From positions 66,667-130,666 of the forward strand of contig JACPPH010000008.1 of assembly GCA_016191105.1 (NCBI GenBank): a DNA stretch of 64,000 bases, in the 5' to 3' direction. Shown here piece after piece: positions 48,436-58,555 of this stretch. Under the pieces are notes generated by a model. The model made no database searches. It was not told where the DNA came from and saw only the letters and a program-made list of their open reading frames with translations. A program made the translations under genes and the position numbers. Position 1 is the first letter of the stretch, and each line of letters starts with the position of its first letter. This stretch comes from Candidatus Saccharimonadota bacterium (GTDB lineage: Bacteria; Patescibacteriota; Saccharimonadia; CAILAD01; BJGX01).

Positions 48436-50034
48436 ATGAACAACATTCTAAAAAAGATCAACAAATCGCGCACGCTCGGAGTAGCGGCCTTTTTAATTTC
48501 ACTTAGTTATTTACTAAGTAGAGTTTTGGGTTTATTGCGCGATCGTATGTTGGCAGCTAACTTTGGTGTATCTGCCAGTACCGATGCCTACACGGCTGCT
48601 TTTCGAATCCCGGACCTTTTATTTACCCTGCTTGTGTCGGGAGCCTTTGCTGTAGCTTTCATACCAGTTTTTATTGGCCACATTGAGAAAAAACAACAGC
48701 AAGAGGCCTGGCATATGACCAACGCTTTAACCACCTTACTGTTGTTAGCTACAACTATCTTTGGGCTGTTGGCGTTTATCTTTGCCAACCCGCTGGTAAG
48801 TCTTTTAACGCCCGGCTTCAATGCCCAGCAGCACGCACTAACTGTTACCTTGGCACGCATAATGCTGGTTACACCAACTCTGTTTGCCCTAGCCAGCGTG
48901 TTTGGTGGTATCCAGCAATCTTTTAATAGGTTTGCGCTGTTTGCTTTTGCAAGCGTCTTTTATAACGTTGGTATAATTATCGGCATTTTGTTGGCGCCTA
49001 AGCTATTTCCGGCTCACCCCATATATGGCGTTGCCTGGGGGGTTGTTGGTGGTACAGTCATGCAGGCCGTGATCCAGTTTTTGGGCACGCTGGGTTTAGG
49101 CTGGCGCTTTAGCTTTAGTCTCGACTTCTTAAATAAAGATGTTATTCAGGTGGTTAAGCTTATGGTACCACGCTCGCTAGATCTTGGGATCGATCAGGTT
49201 AATTGGATTATCCAGACCGCAATTGCCTCACGGCTAACAACCGGTAGCCTGGCGGCCTATTACTATGCCAATAACCTTAAAAATGTGCCGGTAGCGCTAT
49301 TTGGCTCAGCAATTGCAACCGCAGCTTTCCCAAGTTTAATAAGAGCTGTAAAGTCTAAGGATAAGTCCCATCTCCCAGCTATTTTGGTACGCGACATTGG
49401 CTACATTCTGTTTCTAACCATACCATCGGCAGCTATTGCGGTAGTTATGCGCGGCTATATAGTGCGCCTGCTTTTTGGCTTTGGCGACCAAGCCACCGCC
49501 GACACCCTTGGCTGGTTAGCGGGCGTAATCATTGCCCAGAGCCTATATTTCATGGTGGCCCGGGTATTTTATGCCTTCGAAAATACGATAACACCACTTT
49601 TAACCAGCTTATCTTCGATTGTGATCAACATAATTTTGAGTTTTGTATTGTCGGCTAAATTTGGGATCTCGGGCATGGCAATAGCACTGTCGATATCAAC
49701 GCTATACGAGCTAGTTTTGCTTGTCGTAATCCTTCAGGTTCGCTATAAGCATATTGGCCTTAAGTCAATACTAATTAAATTTGCTAAGATTTCATTGGCT
49801 AGTGCGGCTATGACATCTGTACTGTATTACCTGGTGAGTCAGATATTACCACTCTACAAAAACGATGTTGGGTTTACGAATATTGCACCAAAATTTATGA
49901 TTCTATCGGTTGTAGGTATTGGGGTCTACCTCGGGGTGGCTAAGGTGCTCAGGCTCAAAGAGGTCGATAAGGTTATCAAAAAAGCTCTGCATCCATTGCG
50001 TCGGGTAAGGCGATTGTATGGATCGAATTCGTAA
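48436..50034 (+). CDS. murJ: Lipid II flippase MurJ
   Basis: SRVLGLLRD, DAYTAAFRIPD, GAFAVAFIP, RVFYA. Confidence 0.93.
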   Translation: MNNILKKINKSRTLGVAAFLISLSYLLSRVLGLLRDRMLAANFGVSASTDAYTAAFRIPDLLFTLLVSGAFAVAFIPVFIGHIEKKQQQEAWHMTNALTTLLLLATTIFGLLAFIFANPLVSLLTPGFNAQQHALTVTLARIMLVTPTLFALASVFGGIQQSFNRFALFAFASVFYNVGIIIGILLAPKLFPAHPIYGVAWGVVGGTVMQAVIQFLGTLGLGWRFSFSLDFLNKDVIQVVKLMVPRSLDLGIDQVNWIIQTAIASRLTTGSLAAYYYANNLKNVPVALFGSAIATAAFPSLIRAVKSKDKSHLPAILVRDIGYILFLTIPSAAIAVVMRGYIVRLLFGFGDQATADTLGWLAGVIIAQSLYFMVARVFYAFENTITPLLTSLSSIVINIILSFVLSAKFGISGMAIALSISTLYELVLLVVILQVRYKHIGLKSILIKFAKISLASAAMTSVLYYLVSQILPLYKNDVGFTNIAPKFMILSVVGIGVYLGVAKVLRLKEVDKVIKKALHPLRRVRRLYGSNS

Positions 50035-51793
50035 CTTTTGCATTATTGCTCATATTGATCATGGCAAGAGCACTTTGGCTGATCGCATGTTGGAATTAAC
50101 AGGTACCGTTCAGGCTCGCGAAATGAAGGCCCAGTTGCTCGACCAAATGGATCTGGAAAGAGAGAAGGGTATAACCATTAAGCTCCAGCCGGTACGCATG
50201 AACTGGCAAGCTCACCAGTTGAACCTAATTGACACTCCCGGCCACGTCGACTTTAGCTATGAGGTTAGTCGCAGCCTAGCGGCCTGCGAAGGCGCAATCT
50301 TAGTGGTTGATGCCGCCCAAGGCATTCAGGCTCAAACCTTGGCCAACGTTTACTTGGCTTTAGAGGCTAACCTAACGATTATTCCAGTATTAAATAAGAT
50401 TGATTTGCCTGCTGCCGAACCCGAGCGAGTCGCCAAAGAGATATCGGCTCTCTTGGGTTGTGAGCCAAGCGATGTTTTGCGAATTTCTGCCAAAGAGGGA
50501 ACTGGAGTAACGGAGCTTATAGATAGAGTGATCGAGCATGTACCACCACCGTCCGGTCAACCAGACAAGCCAACTAGGGCTCTAATTTTTGACTCGGTAT
50601 ACGATGAATATCGGGGGGTCATACTTTATATAAGACTCATCGATGGTGAGCTAAAAAAGGGTCAAGATTTGTTTTTGATGGCATCTGGTAAAAATACTTT
50701 AGCCGTTGATATTGGGTACTTTAGCCCCCAACTTACATCCGATGCGATCATACACTGTGGGCAAATTGGCTATATTGCAACCAATCTAAAAACAACGGCC
50801 GATGCTCGGGTGGGGGATACGGTAACAGACTCAAAGCTACATTCGCCGGAGGCTCTGCCGGGATACAAGAAAGTGCAGCCCTATGTATATGCTGGTTTCT
50901 TCCCGGCTTCGGCCGAGGATTATCCGAGTCTGAAAGATGCTATCGAGAAGCTTACGCTTAACGATTCGGCTCTTGCGTATGAACCCGAGAATTCACAGGT
51001 CTTAGGCTATGGTTTTCGCCTGGGCTTCTTGGGTTTGTTACATCTGGATATTGTAAAAGCTCGGCTTGAGCGAGAGTATGGGTTAAGCTTGGTGGTTACC
51101 AACCCCAGCGTTGACTACAAGGTTAAACTCATAAATGGCGACGAAGTTGATATAAAAAGTGCTTCTGAGCTTCCTGAGCCAACCCGCATTTCTGAGATTC
51201 AAGAGCCATGGATCAAGGGCGAGATAATTGTGCCAAGTGGCTACGTTGGCTCGGTTATACAACTTATAAATTCGGTTCGCGGGATTCAAAAAGACTTGAG
51301 TTACATTGATCAAACACTGGCGCTTGTAAATTTTGAAGCACCGCTAGCTAATGTGTTAACAGATTTTTATGATGATCTTAAAAGCGTTACCTCTGGTTAC
51401 GGCTCATTTAATTACGAACTAATGGGTTATCGGCCTGAAGACTTGGTTAAGGTAGATGTTTTGGTTGCCGGCGAGTTAGTAGACAGCCTAAGCCTAATGG
51501 TTCACCGCTCAGAATCACTTAGTGTTGGCCGTAAGGTAATCGATAAACTCAAAGACGTTATTCCGCGCCAATTATTTGAGGTTAGCCTGCAGGCCGCCAT
51601 AGGCGCTAAGATAATCGCGCGCGAAGATGTTAAAGCTCTGGGTAAAAATGTAACTGCCAAACTATATGGCGGCGACATCTCGCGCAAAAAGAAGCTTTGG
51701 GCCAAGCAAAAAGAAGGCAAAAAACGCCTCAAAAAGATTGGTCAGGTCGATATTCCGCCCGAGGCCTTTATGGTAATGCTAAAAAAAGACTAA
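50018..51793 (+). CDS. lepA: Elongation factor 4 (LepA)
   Basis: IRNFCIIAHIDHGKSTLADR, DTPGHVDF, GFLGLLH, YGGDISRKKKL. Confidence 0.98.
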   Translation: MDRIRNFCIIAHIDHGKSTLADRMLELTGTVQAREMKAQLLDQMDLEREKGITIKLQPVRMNWQAHQLNLIDTPGHVDFSYEVSRSLAACEGAILVVDAAQGIQAQTLANVYLALEANLTIIPVLNKIDLPAAEPERVAKEISALLGCEPSDVLRISAKEGTGVTELIDRVIEHVPPPSGQPDKPTRALIFDSVYDEYRGVILYIRLIDGELKKGQDLFLMASGKNTLAVDIGYFSPQLTSDAIIHCGQIGYIATNLKTTADARVGDTVTDSKLHSPEALPGYKKVQPYVYAGFFPASAEDYPSLKDAIEKLTLNDSALAYEPENSQVLGYGFRLGFLGLLHLDIVKARLEREYGLSLVVTNPSVDYKVKLINGDEVDIKSASELPEPTRISEIQEPWIKGEIIVPSGYVGSVIQLINSVRGIQKDLSYIDQTLALVNFEAPLANVLTDFYDDLKSVTSGYGSFNYELMGYRPEDLVKVDVLVAGELVDSLSLMVHRSESLSVGRKVIDKLKDVIPRQLFEVSLQAAIGAKIIAREDVKALGKNVTAKLYGGDISRKKKLWAKQKEGKKRLKKIGQVDIPPEAFMVMLKKD

Positions 51794-51841
51794 CTACTTA
51801 CGCTTGAGCTTGTACGGCTTTTGTGCGTATAATTATTTGCA

Positions 51842-52081
51842 ATGGCAAAGGAATCTGCAGTCAAAAAACAAGCTAAGTCTCACGAGGCTTTTCTGGTGGT
51901 ATTGGTAGTTATTTTATTGGTATTAACGATTTCTGGCTGGCTCATGTACTACTTTAGAAATCAAAAGGCCAATCAAGATGAGCAAGCCGCTCAAGAGAAT
52001 ACCCAGCAGTTAGAAGCTAAAGTTAAGTCTTTCGAGCAAAATCAGCAAAACAAGTTCTTGAACGAAGAAAATTCTGAATAG
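51842..52081 (+). CDS. Small TM/coiled-coil protein
   Basis: TM helix followed by a Q/E-rich helix; TATAAT 8 nt upstream. Confidence 0.65.
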   Translation: MAKESAVKKQAKSHEAFLVVLVVILLVLTISGWLMYYFRNQKANQDEQAAQENTQQLEAKVKSFEQNQQNKFLNEENSE

Positions 52082-52138
52082 CAATTTGCAATTTTATTGC
52101 ACGAGTGCCAAAATAAGCATAAGTAATAAGGACTTACT

Positions 52139-52771
52139 ATGCCCCCAGCTCAAGACCCACAAGCAACTCCGCTAGAAGTGCCGCCAGCAAACACCATGAG
52201 TTTGCCACCCAAGAGAGGTGCAGGCAAAACTTTTCTGGTGGTGCTAGTGATTGTTGCCTTGGTTTTGGCCTCGGTCGGTGGTGTTTACTATTTTATGAAC
52301 CAGAAATCCAAGCAGCAACAAGCCGCACTACAAAGCCAGGTCAACGACTTGAATAACCAGATTCAAGATTTGCAATCTAAAAACAAGACACTACAAAACC
52401 AGATTAATGTTGATCTCGATACCCAAGTGGCCATCAATAAGGCCATAAAGGGTTTCTACGACGACTGGATTAAAGGCGCCAATGCTAATCCTCCAGTAGC
52501 CAAAAACACCTTGGCCTCCCAGGCCATTAACAAAGGCTATATAAATGCCACAGTACAGAGTTACATTAACAAATCAAATGGTAATCCAGACCCAGCTACT
52601 TGTGCGGCCACAACCGTAAAAAGTTATCAATACACCGAGCTAACCAAAGACAACAATACGTCTACGGCAACTGTCAACTTCGATCTGAATAACGGCGACA
52701 AATCCAAGGCCAAGCTAAACTTAATACCTCAGGGCTCAACCTGGGTGATTAGCCAAATTACTTGCGGGTAG
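52139..52771 (+). CDS. Membrane-anchored coiled-coil protein
   Basis: TM, coiled coil, and a C-terminal domain with two Cys. Confidence 0.7.
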   Translation: MPPAQDPQATPLEVPPANTMSLPPKRGAGKTFLVVLVIVALVLASVGGVYYFMNQKSKQQQAALQSQVNDLNNQIQDLQSKNKTLQNQINVDLDTQVAINKAIKGFYDDWIKGANANPPVAKNTLASQAINKGYINATVQSYINKSNGNPDPATCAATTVKSYQYTELTKDNNTSTATVNFDLNNGDKSKAKLNLIPQGSTWVISQITCG

Positions 52772-52788
52772 GCATCGTAAAAAGTTAA

Positions 52789-52815
52789 TTAGCACTCTTG
52801 ACATGAGAGTGCTAA
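52789..52815 (+). promoter_or_regulatory. CIRCE element 1, containing the -35 hexamer
   Basis: TTAGCACTC-ttgacatga-GAGTGCTAA, a perfect consensus; -10 TATACT at 52822. Confidence 0.95.
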
Positions 52816-52834
52816 TTTTTATATACTAAATTTG

Positions 52835-52861
52835 TCAGCACTCGACAGTGTTGACTGCTAG
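52835..52861 (+). promoter_or_regulatory. CIRCE element 2 (degenerate)
   Basis: TCAGCACTC-N9-GACTGCTAG. Confidence 0.8.
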
Positions 52862-52893
52862 TTGGTAGACGTACTAAACTAGAGTAAATCGTC

Positions 52894-53607
52894 ATGACAG
52901 ATAGACAAGAACGAATCTTATCGGAAATCATCCGCCTGTATGCGGATTCAGCCGAGCCAGTTAGCTCTCGTGAGCTTGCCAAAGCTTTCGAGCTTAGTTC
53001 CGCGACTATCCGGACTGAGATGCTAAAGCTCGAAGAATTGGGCTGTATTTACCAACCCCACATATCTGCTGGCAGGGTGCCTACCGACAAAGGATACCGT
53101 TACTTTGTAAACAATTTAACCGATTCATCCACGCAAGTGGAATTCCCATCGAGTCGGAGCTTCCAAACCATCACCAAGCGAGTCGATTCGCTCAAGGATC
53201 GAGCCGACGGTGCAATCAAAATTGCCGCCGAAACCTTGAGCGATCTGACTGGCAACATGGCTTTTGCTACCCTGAGCGATGCCGTGTACCTGCATGGCCT
53301 TAGCCAATTATTTAGCCAACCTGAATTTTTAGATCAAGCAGCCTCGGCTGGAGCGGCTAAGTTTTTGGACAGCTTGCAGCAATGGTTGTTCGAGAAACAT
53401 TTAGATCAGACACAGGTATTTATTGGTCGCGAGAACCCAATCGCCAAAACTAGTAATCTTACCATGGTGGTAAATCGGTTTTCTGGCCCCTACTCCGACA
53501 GCAGCTACATAGGAATTGTTGGTCCAACTCGGCAAAGTTACGACAAGGTCATTAACTTAGTAGGTGCAACCAGTAAAGCCCTAGAAGAAGTCTTTAGCGA
53601 AGCTTAA
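52894..53607 (+). CDS. hrcA: Heat-inducible repressor HrcA (short form)
   Basis: EPVSS, SSATIR, QPHISAGRVPTDKGYRYFV, GIVGPTR. Confidence 0.93.
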   Translation: MTDRQERILSEIIRLYADSAEPVSSRELAKAFELSSATIRTEMLKLEELGCIYQPHISAGRVPTDKGYRYFVNNLTDSSTQVEFPSSRSFQTITKRVDSLKDRADGAIKIAAETLSDLTGNMAFATLSDAVYLHGLSQLFSQPEFLDQAASAGAAKFLDSLQQWLFEKHLDQTQVFIGRENPIAKTSNLTMVVNRFSGPYSDSSYIGIVGPTRQSYDKVINLVGATSKALEEVFSEA

Positions 53608-53608
53608 T

Positions 53609-54118
53609 ATGAAATCTGATAAAAATCCTAAACCAGCTAAAAAAGCCAAGCCATTCGCCAGCCGGCGGACTGCGGCAGAATACGAACAACAGATTGGCGA
53701 GCTAACAATTCACTTGCAACGTCTGCAGGCCGAATTCGAAAATTATAAAAAGCGCGAAGCTGCTCAAAAAGCCGAACTTATGAATGGTGCCAAAGAGGCC
53801 GTTTTAGCAGAATTGCTGCCAGCACTCGATAATTTTGACCGCGCAGCCACACATTTACCTGCTGAGCTAGAAAACAACGCTTGGGCCAAGGGTATGCAAT
53901 ATGTTGGCCAGCAACTTATTGATCTGCTCGATAGCATGGGTGTGCATAAGTTTGCACCACAAACGGGTGAGCAGTTCAACGCCGCTCGGCACGACGCGCT
54001 AGACCACATTAAAAGCAAGAAGCCGGCCGACACAATTGTAGAAGTTGTAACGCCGGGTTATGAAATTAATCAAAAAGTAGTTCGAGCAGCTACGGTAAAA
54101 GTAAGTAAAGGAGAATAG
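53609..54118 (+). CDS. grpE: Nucleotide exchange factor GrpE
   Basis: [34 protein letters not shown]. Confidence 0.95.
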   Translation: MKSDKNPKPAKKAKPFASRRTAAEYEQQIGELTIHLQRLQAEFENYKKREAAQKAELMNGAKEAVLAELLPALDNFDRAATHLPAELENNAWAKGMQYVGQQLIDLLDSMGVHKFAPQTGEQFNAARHDALDHIKSKKPADTIVEVVTPGYEINQKVVRAATVKVSKGE

Positions 54119-54120
54119 TT

Positions 54121-56040
54121 ATGAGTAAAATTATTGGAATTGACTTAGGTACCACCAACTCAGCCATGGCGGTTATGGAGGGCGGTGACCCAACAATTAT
54201 TACCAATGTCGAGGGGGCTCGTACTACCCCCAGTATGGTGGCGATTAATAAAAACGGTGAACGGCTGGTGGGCCAGACCGCCAAGCGCCAAGCCGTGATT
54301 AACCCCGACAACACAATCTTTAGTGTTAAGCGCCTAATTGGCCGAACCTTCGATGATCCCGAAGTTCAGCGCGATATCGAGCTCATGCCCTACAAAATCG
54401 TAAAGGCCGACGGCCATGTAAAAGTTAAAATGGGCGACAAAGAATATACGCCCGAAGAAATCAGCGCTATGATTTTGGGTAAACTCAAAGCCGACGCCGA
54501 AAAATACTTGGGTCAGCCAGTAACCGAGGCCGTTATTACTGTGCCGGCTTACTTTAACGATGCTCAACGACAAGCCACCAAAGATGCCGGCAAGATCGCT
54601 GGCCTCGAAGTCAAACGAATTATCAATGAACCCACTGCCGCCGCCCTAGCCTACGGTCTCGAAAAGAACAAAGAAGAAAAAGTGGTGGTATACGACCTTG
54701 GTGGTGGTACGTTCGATGTTTCGGTGCTTGAGCTGGGTGACGGTGTGTTTGAAGTTAAAAGCACCAATGGCGATACCCACTTAGGTGGTGACGACTTCGA
54801 TCTAGTGCTCATTAACTGGCTGATCGATGAGTTCAAAAAAGACCAAGGGATTGATCTAAAAGCCGACAAAGCGGCTATGCAGCGACTAAAAGAGGCGGCC
54901 GAAAAAGCCAAGATCGAGCTTAGCACAACTACCGAGACCAATATTAACATTCCATTTGTTACGGCCGATGCTAGCGGACCCAAGCACTTAGACATTACCC
55001 TAACCCGCGCCCAGTTCGAGAAGGTGGTTATGGACTTGGTCGACAAAACACTCAAGCCATGTGAGGCAGCTCTAAAAGATGCCGGCCTCAAAAAAGCAGA
55101 CATTAACGAAGTAATTATGGTGGGCGGCATGACCCGTATGCCGTTAGTGCAAAAAAAGGTTGAGGAGTTCTTTGGCAAAAAACCACTGCAGGGCGTGAAC
55201 CCAGACGAGGTAGTAGCCATTGGCGCAGCTATTCAAGGTGGTGTGCTGGGCGGCGACGTTAAAGACGTGTTGCTACTCGACGTCACCCCTCTATCACTCG
55301 GCCTAGAAACATTGGGTGGTGTAAGTACCAAGCTAATTGAGCGCAACACCACCATTCCAACCAGCAAGAGTCAGGTATTTAGCACCGCAGCCGACAATCA
55401 GCCCAGTGTAGAGATCAACGTTTTGCAAGGCGATCGCGAAATGGCTACCGACAACAAATCTTTAGGTCGGTTTGTGCTCGACGGCATTCCACCTGCTCCG
55501 CGGGGTGTGCCACAAATCGAAGTTAGCTTTAACATCGATGCCAACGGTATTGTAAATGTTAGCGCCAAAGACAAGGGTACCGGCAAAGAACAGCACATTA
55601 CCATTACTGGGGGCGGTAACCTAAGCGACGAGGATATCAAGAAGATGCAGCAAGATGCCGAAGCCCACGCTGATGAGGATAAAAAGAAGAAAGAGCAAGT
55701 AGAGGCTCGCAACAATGCCGACACCCTAATTTACACTGCCGAGAAGACTTTGAAAGATGCTGGTGATAAGGCTAAGGAAGAAGATAAGAAGGCTGTTGAG
55801 GATGCCACTAAGGCATTGAAAGATAAACTCGAGACCGACGATGTCGAAGAGCTCAAGAAGCTTACTGAAGATTTGAATACAAAACTGCAAAAAGTTGGCG
55901 CTGCCATGTACGAAGCCGAGGCCAAAGAGGCTGAAAGCAAAGAAGGTGATAAGGCCGACCAAAAGGGTGATGATAAAAATCCGCCAGCCGGCGGAGAGCC
56001 CGAAGAAGGCGAGGTAGTCGACGAGAAAGATAAGAAGTAA
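54121..56040 (+). CDS. dnaK: Chaperone DnaK
   Basis: [34 protein letters not shown]. Confidence 0.99.
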   Translation: MSKIIGIDLGTTNSAMAVMEGGDPTIITNVEGARTTPSMVAINKNGERLVGQTAKRQAVINPDNTIFSVKRLIGRTFDDPEVQRDIELMPYKIVKADGHVKVKMGDKEYTPEEISAMILGKLKADAEKYLGQPVTEAVITVPAYFNDAQRQATKDAGKIAGLEVKRIINEPTAAALAYGLEKNKEEKVVVYDLGGGTFDVSVLELGDGVFEVKSTNGDTHLGGDDFDLVLINWLIDEFKKDQGIDLKADKAAMQRLKEAAEKAKIELSTTTETNINIPFVTADASGPKHLDITLTRAQFEKVVMDLVDKTLKPCEAALKDAGLKKADINEVIMVGGMTRMPLVQKKVEEFFGKKPLQGVNPDEVVAIGAAIQGGVLGGDVKDVLLLDVTPLSLGLETLGGVSTKLIERNTTIPTSKSQVFSTAADNQPSVEINVLQGDREMATDNKSLGRFVLDGIPPAPRGVPQIEVSFNIDANGIVNVSAKDKGTGKEQHITITGGGNLSDEDIKKMQQDAEAHADEDKKKKEQVEARNNADTLIYTAEKTLKDAGDKAKEEDKKAVEDATKALKDKLETDDVEELKKLTEDLNTKLQKVGAAMYEAEAKEAESKEGDKADQKGDDKNPPAGGEPEEGEVVDEKDKK

Positions 56041-56451
56041 GTGGCTCACAACACCTACGCAGTTCCCATATCATGTAAGGGCATTGTTTTTGAGGGTGGC
56101 CAGGTGTGGCTCCGCAAAAACGAGAGAGGTGAGTGGGAGCTGCCCGGGGGTAAACTAGACGAGGGTGAGCAGCCGCAAGAAACAGTTAAGCGTGAGATGC
56201 TCGAGGAGCTTGGGCTAAAAGTTTCGGTTGGTGAAATTACCAGTTCTTATCTTTACACCATCAAGGTTAGCGAAGATGAAAAGCGTGGTGTTTTGGTCAT
56301 AAGCTACTCGTGCAAGTTCATCAAACGAACTGGCGATGTTGAGCATAACGGTGAAGCTGGGCATGCAGAATTTAAGAAGTTTGACCCTATGGAGATCGAT
56401 TCGCTGAACATGCCAGAATTTTACAAAGAAGCAATCAAGAAAGTATCATAG
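56041..56451 (+). CDS. NUDIX hydrolase
   Basis: LPGGKLDEGEQPQETVKREMLEELG. Confidence 0.9.
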   Translation: MAHNTYAVPISCKGIVFEGGQVWLRKNERGEWELPGGKLDEGEQPQETVKREMLEELGLKVSVGEITSSYLYTIKVSEDEKRGVLVISYSCKFIKRTGDVEHNGEAGHAEFKKFDPMEIDSLNMPEFYKEAIKKVS

Positions 56452-56459
56452 GACTAAAG

Positions 56460-57065
56460 ATGAATAAACTGCCCGCCAATATATACATCGATGGCGAAAA
56501 CCTGCTTTATGGTTTGTTGCCAGTTTTATTGCAAGAGAAGTTGGTGACCGAACGAGCGGATTTGGTTAAATTCGATCTCATATCGCTATTTATAGAGGCT
56601 ACCAAAGATAATGCCAAGCCAATCAAGATATTTTACTATGGCACCAAACCACACATCGTAAAAGACATGGGCGAGGAGGCGCTTGAGGCCTCAACCAAGA
56701 TGCATGAGCACAAACAAGCTTGGGGCGAATGGCTCGATAAACAGCAAATACTTTATATAACCGCAGGCAACCTAAAAGCGCGGCAAAAAAAAGAAGGCGT
56801 GGTGTTTCAAGAAAAGGGTGTTGATGTTCGCTTGGCCGTTGATATGGTTAAACAGGCTTATGAAGGACCCAAAATGAACTTTGTGGTGGCCAGCTCCGAC
56901 TCCGACATCATCCCAGCCTTGCGAGTAGTTAAAGAAAAGGGGCACAACATAACCTATGTGGCTATGCCGGGCGGGCAGAACCGGGCCATTAGTGCCCATG
57001 CCGACAAAACAATTATTCTCAAACGCCAAGCTATAGTTGATGGCTATAAAGAAGTAAATAGTTAA
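56460..57065 (+). CDS. NYN (PIN-like) domain protein
   Basis: YIDGEN, QEKGVDVRLAVD, SSDSD. Confidence 0.85.
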   Translation: MNKLPANIYIDGENLLYGLLPVLLQEKLVTERADLVKFDLISLFIEATKDNAKPIKIFYYGTKPHIVKDMGEEALEASTKMHEHKQAWGEWLDKQQILYITAGNLKARQKKEGVVFQEKGVDVRLAVDMVKQAYEGPKMNFVVASSDSDIIPALRVVKEKGHNITYVAMPGGQNRAISAHADKTIILKRQAIVDGYKEVNS

Positions 57066-57985
57066 TGGATAAGCACGATTACTACAAAGTGCTCGGCATT
57101 GCCAAGGGCGCCAGTAAAGATGAGATTAAAAAAGCTTTTCGCAAAAAGGCAGTCAAGCTGCATCCCGATAAATCCACAGGCGACGAAGCCAAGTTTAAAG
57201 AGATCAATGAGGCTTATGAGGTTTTAAGCAACGATCAAAAGCGCCAAGCTTACGATCAGTTTGGCCATGCCGCCGGGGCGCACCAGGCTGGCGGCGGGGC
57301 TTACGGCGGCGGCAACCCATTCGAAGGCTTTGGCGGTGCGGGCTTCGACCCCAACAGTGTTCACTTTGATTTTGGTGGTGCCGGCGGCGGTGGCATCAAC
57401 GATATTTTCGACATGTTCTTTACTGGAGCTCGCAACCGAACCCGCGATGTCGAAGTGGCCATGACGATTGATTTTATGGAGGCTGTAAAAGGCGTAACCA
57501 AAGAGATTAGTTTGCGAGTCAACGATCGGCAGGGTGGCGGGCGAAAACAAGAAGATGTGAAGATCAAGATACCGGCTGGCATCGATGACGGCCAGTCTAT
57601 AAAGATGACTGGCAAGGGCGAGGTGAATGCTAATGGCCAGCGCGGTGACTTGTATGTTCATATTCGAGTTCGGCCAGATCGCCGCTTTGAGCGCGAGGGT
57701 GCTAATATTATCTCTGAAAAATCGATAGATTTTGCCGATGCCGCACTCGGCACGGAGATTGAGGTCGAAACTATCAATGGCAAAGTAACGCTCAAAGTTC
57801 CCGCCGGTACCCAGCCAGGTAAGATTCTTAAACTTAGCGGTAAGGGCTTACCCATTCTAAATACAACCAATCGCGGCGATCACCTAGTTGTAGTGAATGT
57901 TGAGGTTCCAACCAAACTTAGTGCCAAACAGCGTGAGTTGCTAGAAGAGTTTAAAAAGTCTACCAAAAAACACAAGTTTTGGTAG
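57065..57985 (+). CDS. dnaJ: DnaJ-family co-chaperone lacking the zinc finger
   Basis: J-domain with HPD, G/F region, CTD; no CxxCxGxG repeats. Confidence 0.88.
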   Translation: MDKHDYYKVLGIAKGASKDEIKKAFRKKAVKLHPDKSTGDEAKFKEINEAYEVLSNDQKRQAYDQFGHAAGAHQAGGGAYGGGNPFEGFGGAGFDPNSVHFDFGGAGGGGINDIFDMFFTGARNRTRDVEVAMTIDFMEAVKGVTKEISLRVNDRQGGGRKQEDVKIKIPAGIDDGQSIKMTGKGEVNANGQRGDLYVHIRVRPDRRFEREGANIISEKSIDFADAALGTEIEVETINGKVTLKVPAGTQPGKILKLSGKGLPILNTTNRGDHLVVVNVEVPTKLSAKQRELLEEFKKSTKKHKFW

Positions 57986-58057
57986 CAACCCATTTGCCGT
58001 TCTGAGCTTGTCGAAGGATCTGTGCTGGTACTATACTAAAACATAAGAATTAAACTT

Positions 58058-58555
58058 ATGTCATTTTTTAATTTCAATGTTATTGCCCTTGGCTTAGTTG
58101 CCGGCTTTGTTGCTTACGGCATATTGCTTGGCGAAAATAGAGTAAGGTTAGTTGTCCTCGGAAGCTCGTTGGCACTATTTGCCGCTAGCCAAGTACCCTT
58201 AGAAAGCTTAGAGGAGATAAGTCAAAAGGGCCTGCTTGGTTTTTACCCAGCTGGGGCGCAAAGTATATTGATCTTGACAGCTCTAATAACTGGCTTGTTT
58301 GCAGTTGGTGCCATGTTGGGTATTAAGAAGGCTCAAAACAAGGTTCGCTCGTTCATTTTGAGTATTATTGCGGCGCTGTTTTTGATCTGTTTTTCGGTAG
58401 CGGTTTTGCCCGATGCTAATCGAGCTAAGCTGGTTACCGACTACAATCTAGCTGCCATGGCTTACAGCATTCGCTACTATGTACTGCTTGCACTGATCGT
58501 ATGGTCGCTAATTACACTTTTTGTTGCCGAAAAAGATGACAAGCACAAAAAATGA
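58058..58555 (+). CDS. Multi-TM membrane protein
   Basis: Five hydrophobic segments. Confidence 0.7.
   Translation: MSFFNFNVIALGLVAGFVAYGILLGENRVRLVVLGSSLALFAASQVPLESLEEISQKGLLGFYPAGAQSILILTALITGLFAVGAMLGIKKAQNKVRSFILSIIAALFLICFSVAVLPDANRAKLVTDYNLAAMAYSIRYYVLLALIVWSLITLFVAEKDDKHKK

Noticed and set aside
54651-55220. Long antisense ORFs over dnaK (also over ftsH, purL, malic enzyme and dnaJ)
   Set aside because: Shadow frames of conserved genes, with no independent motifs or start signals.
57996-58018. REP-like fragment CTGAGCTTGTCGAAGG after dnaJ
   Set aside because: Single short copy with no partner in the window; too little to call.
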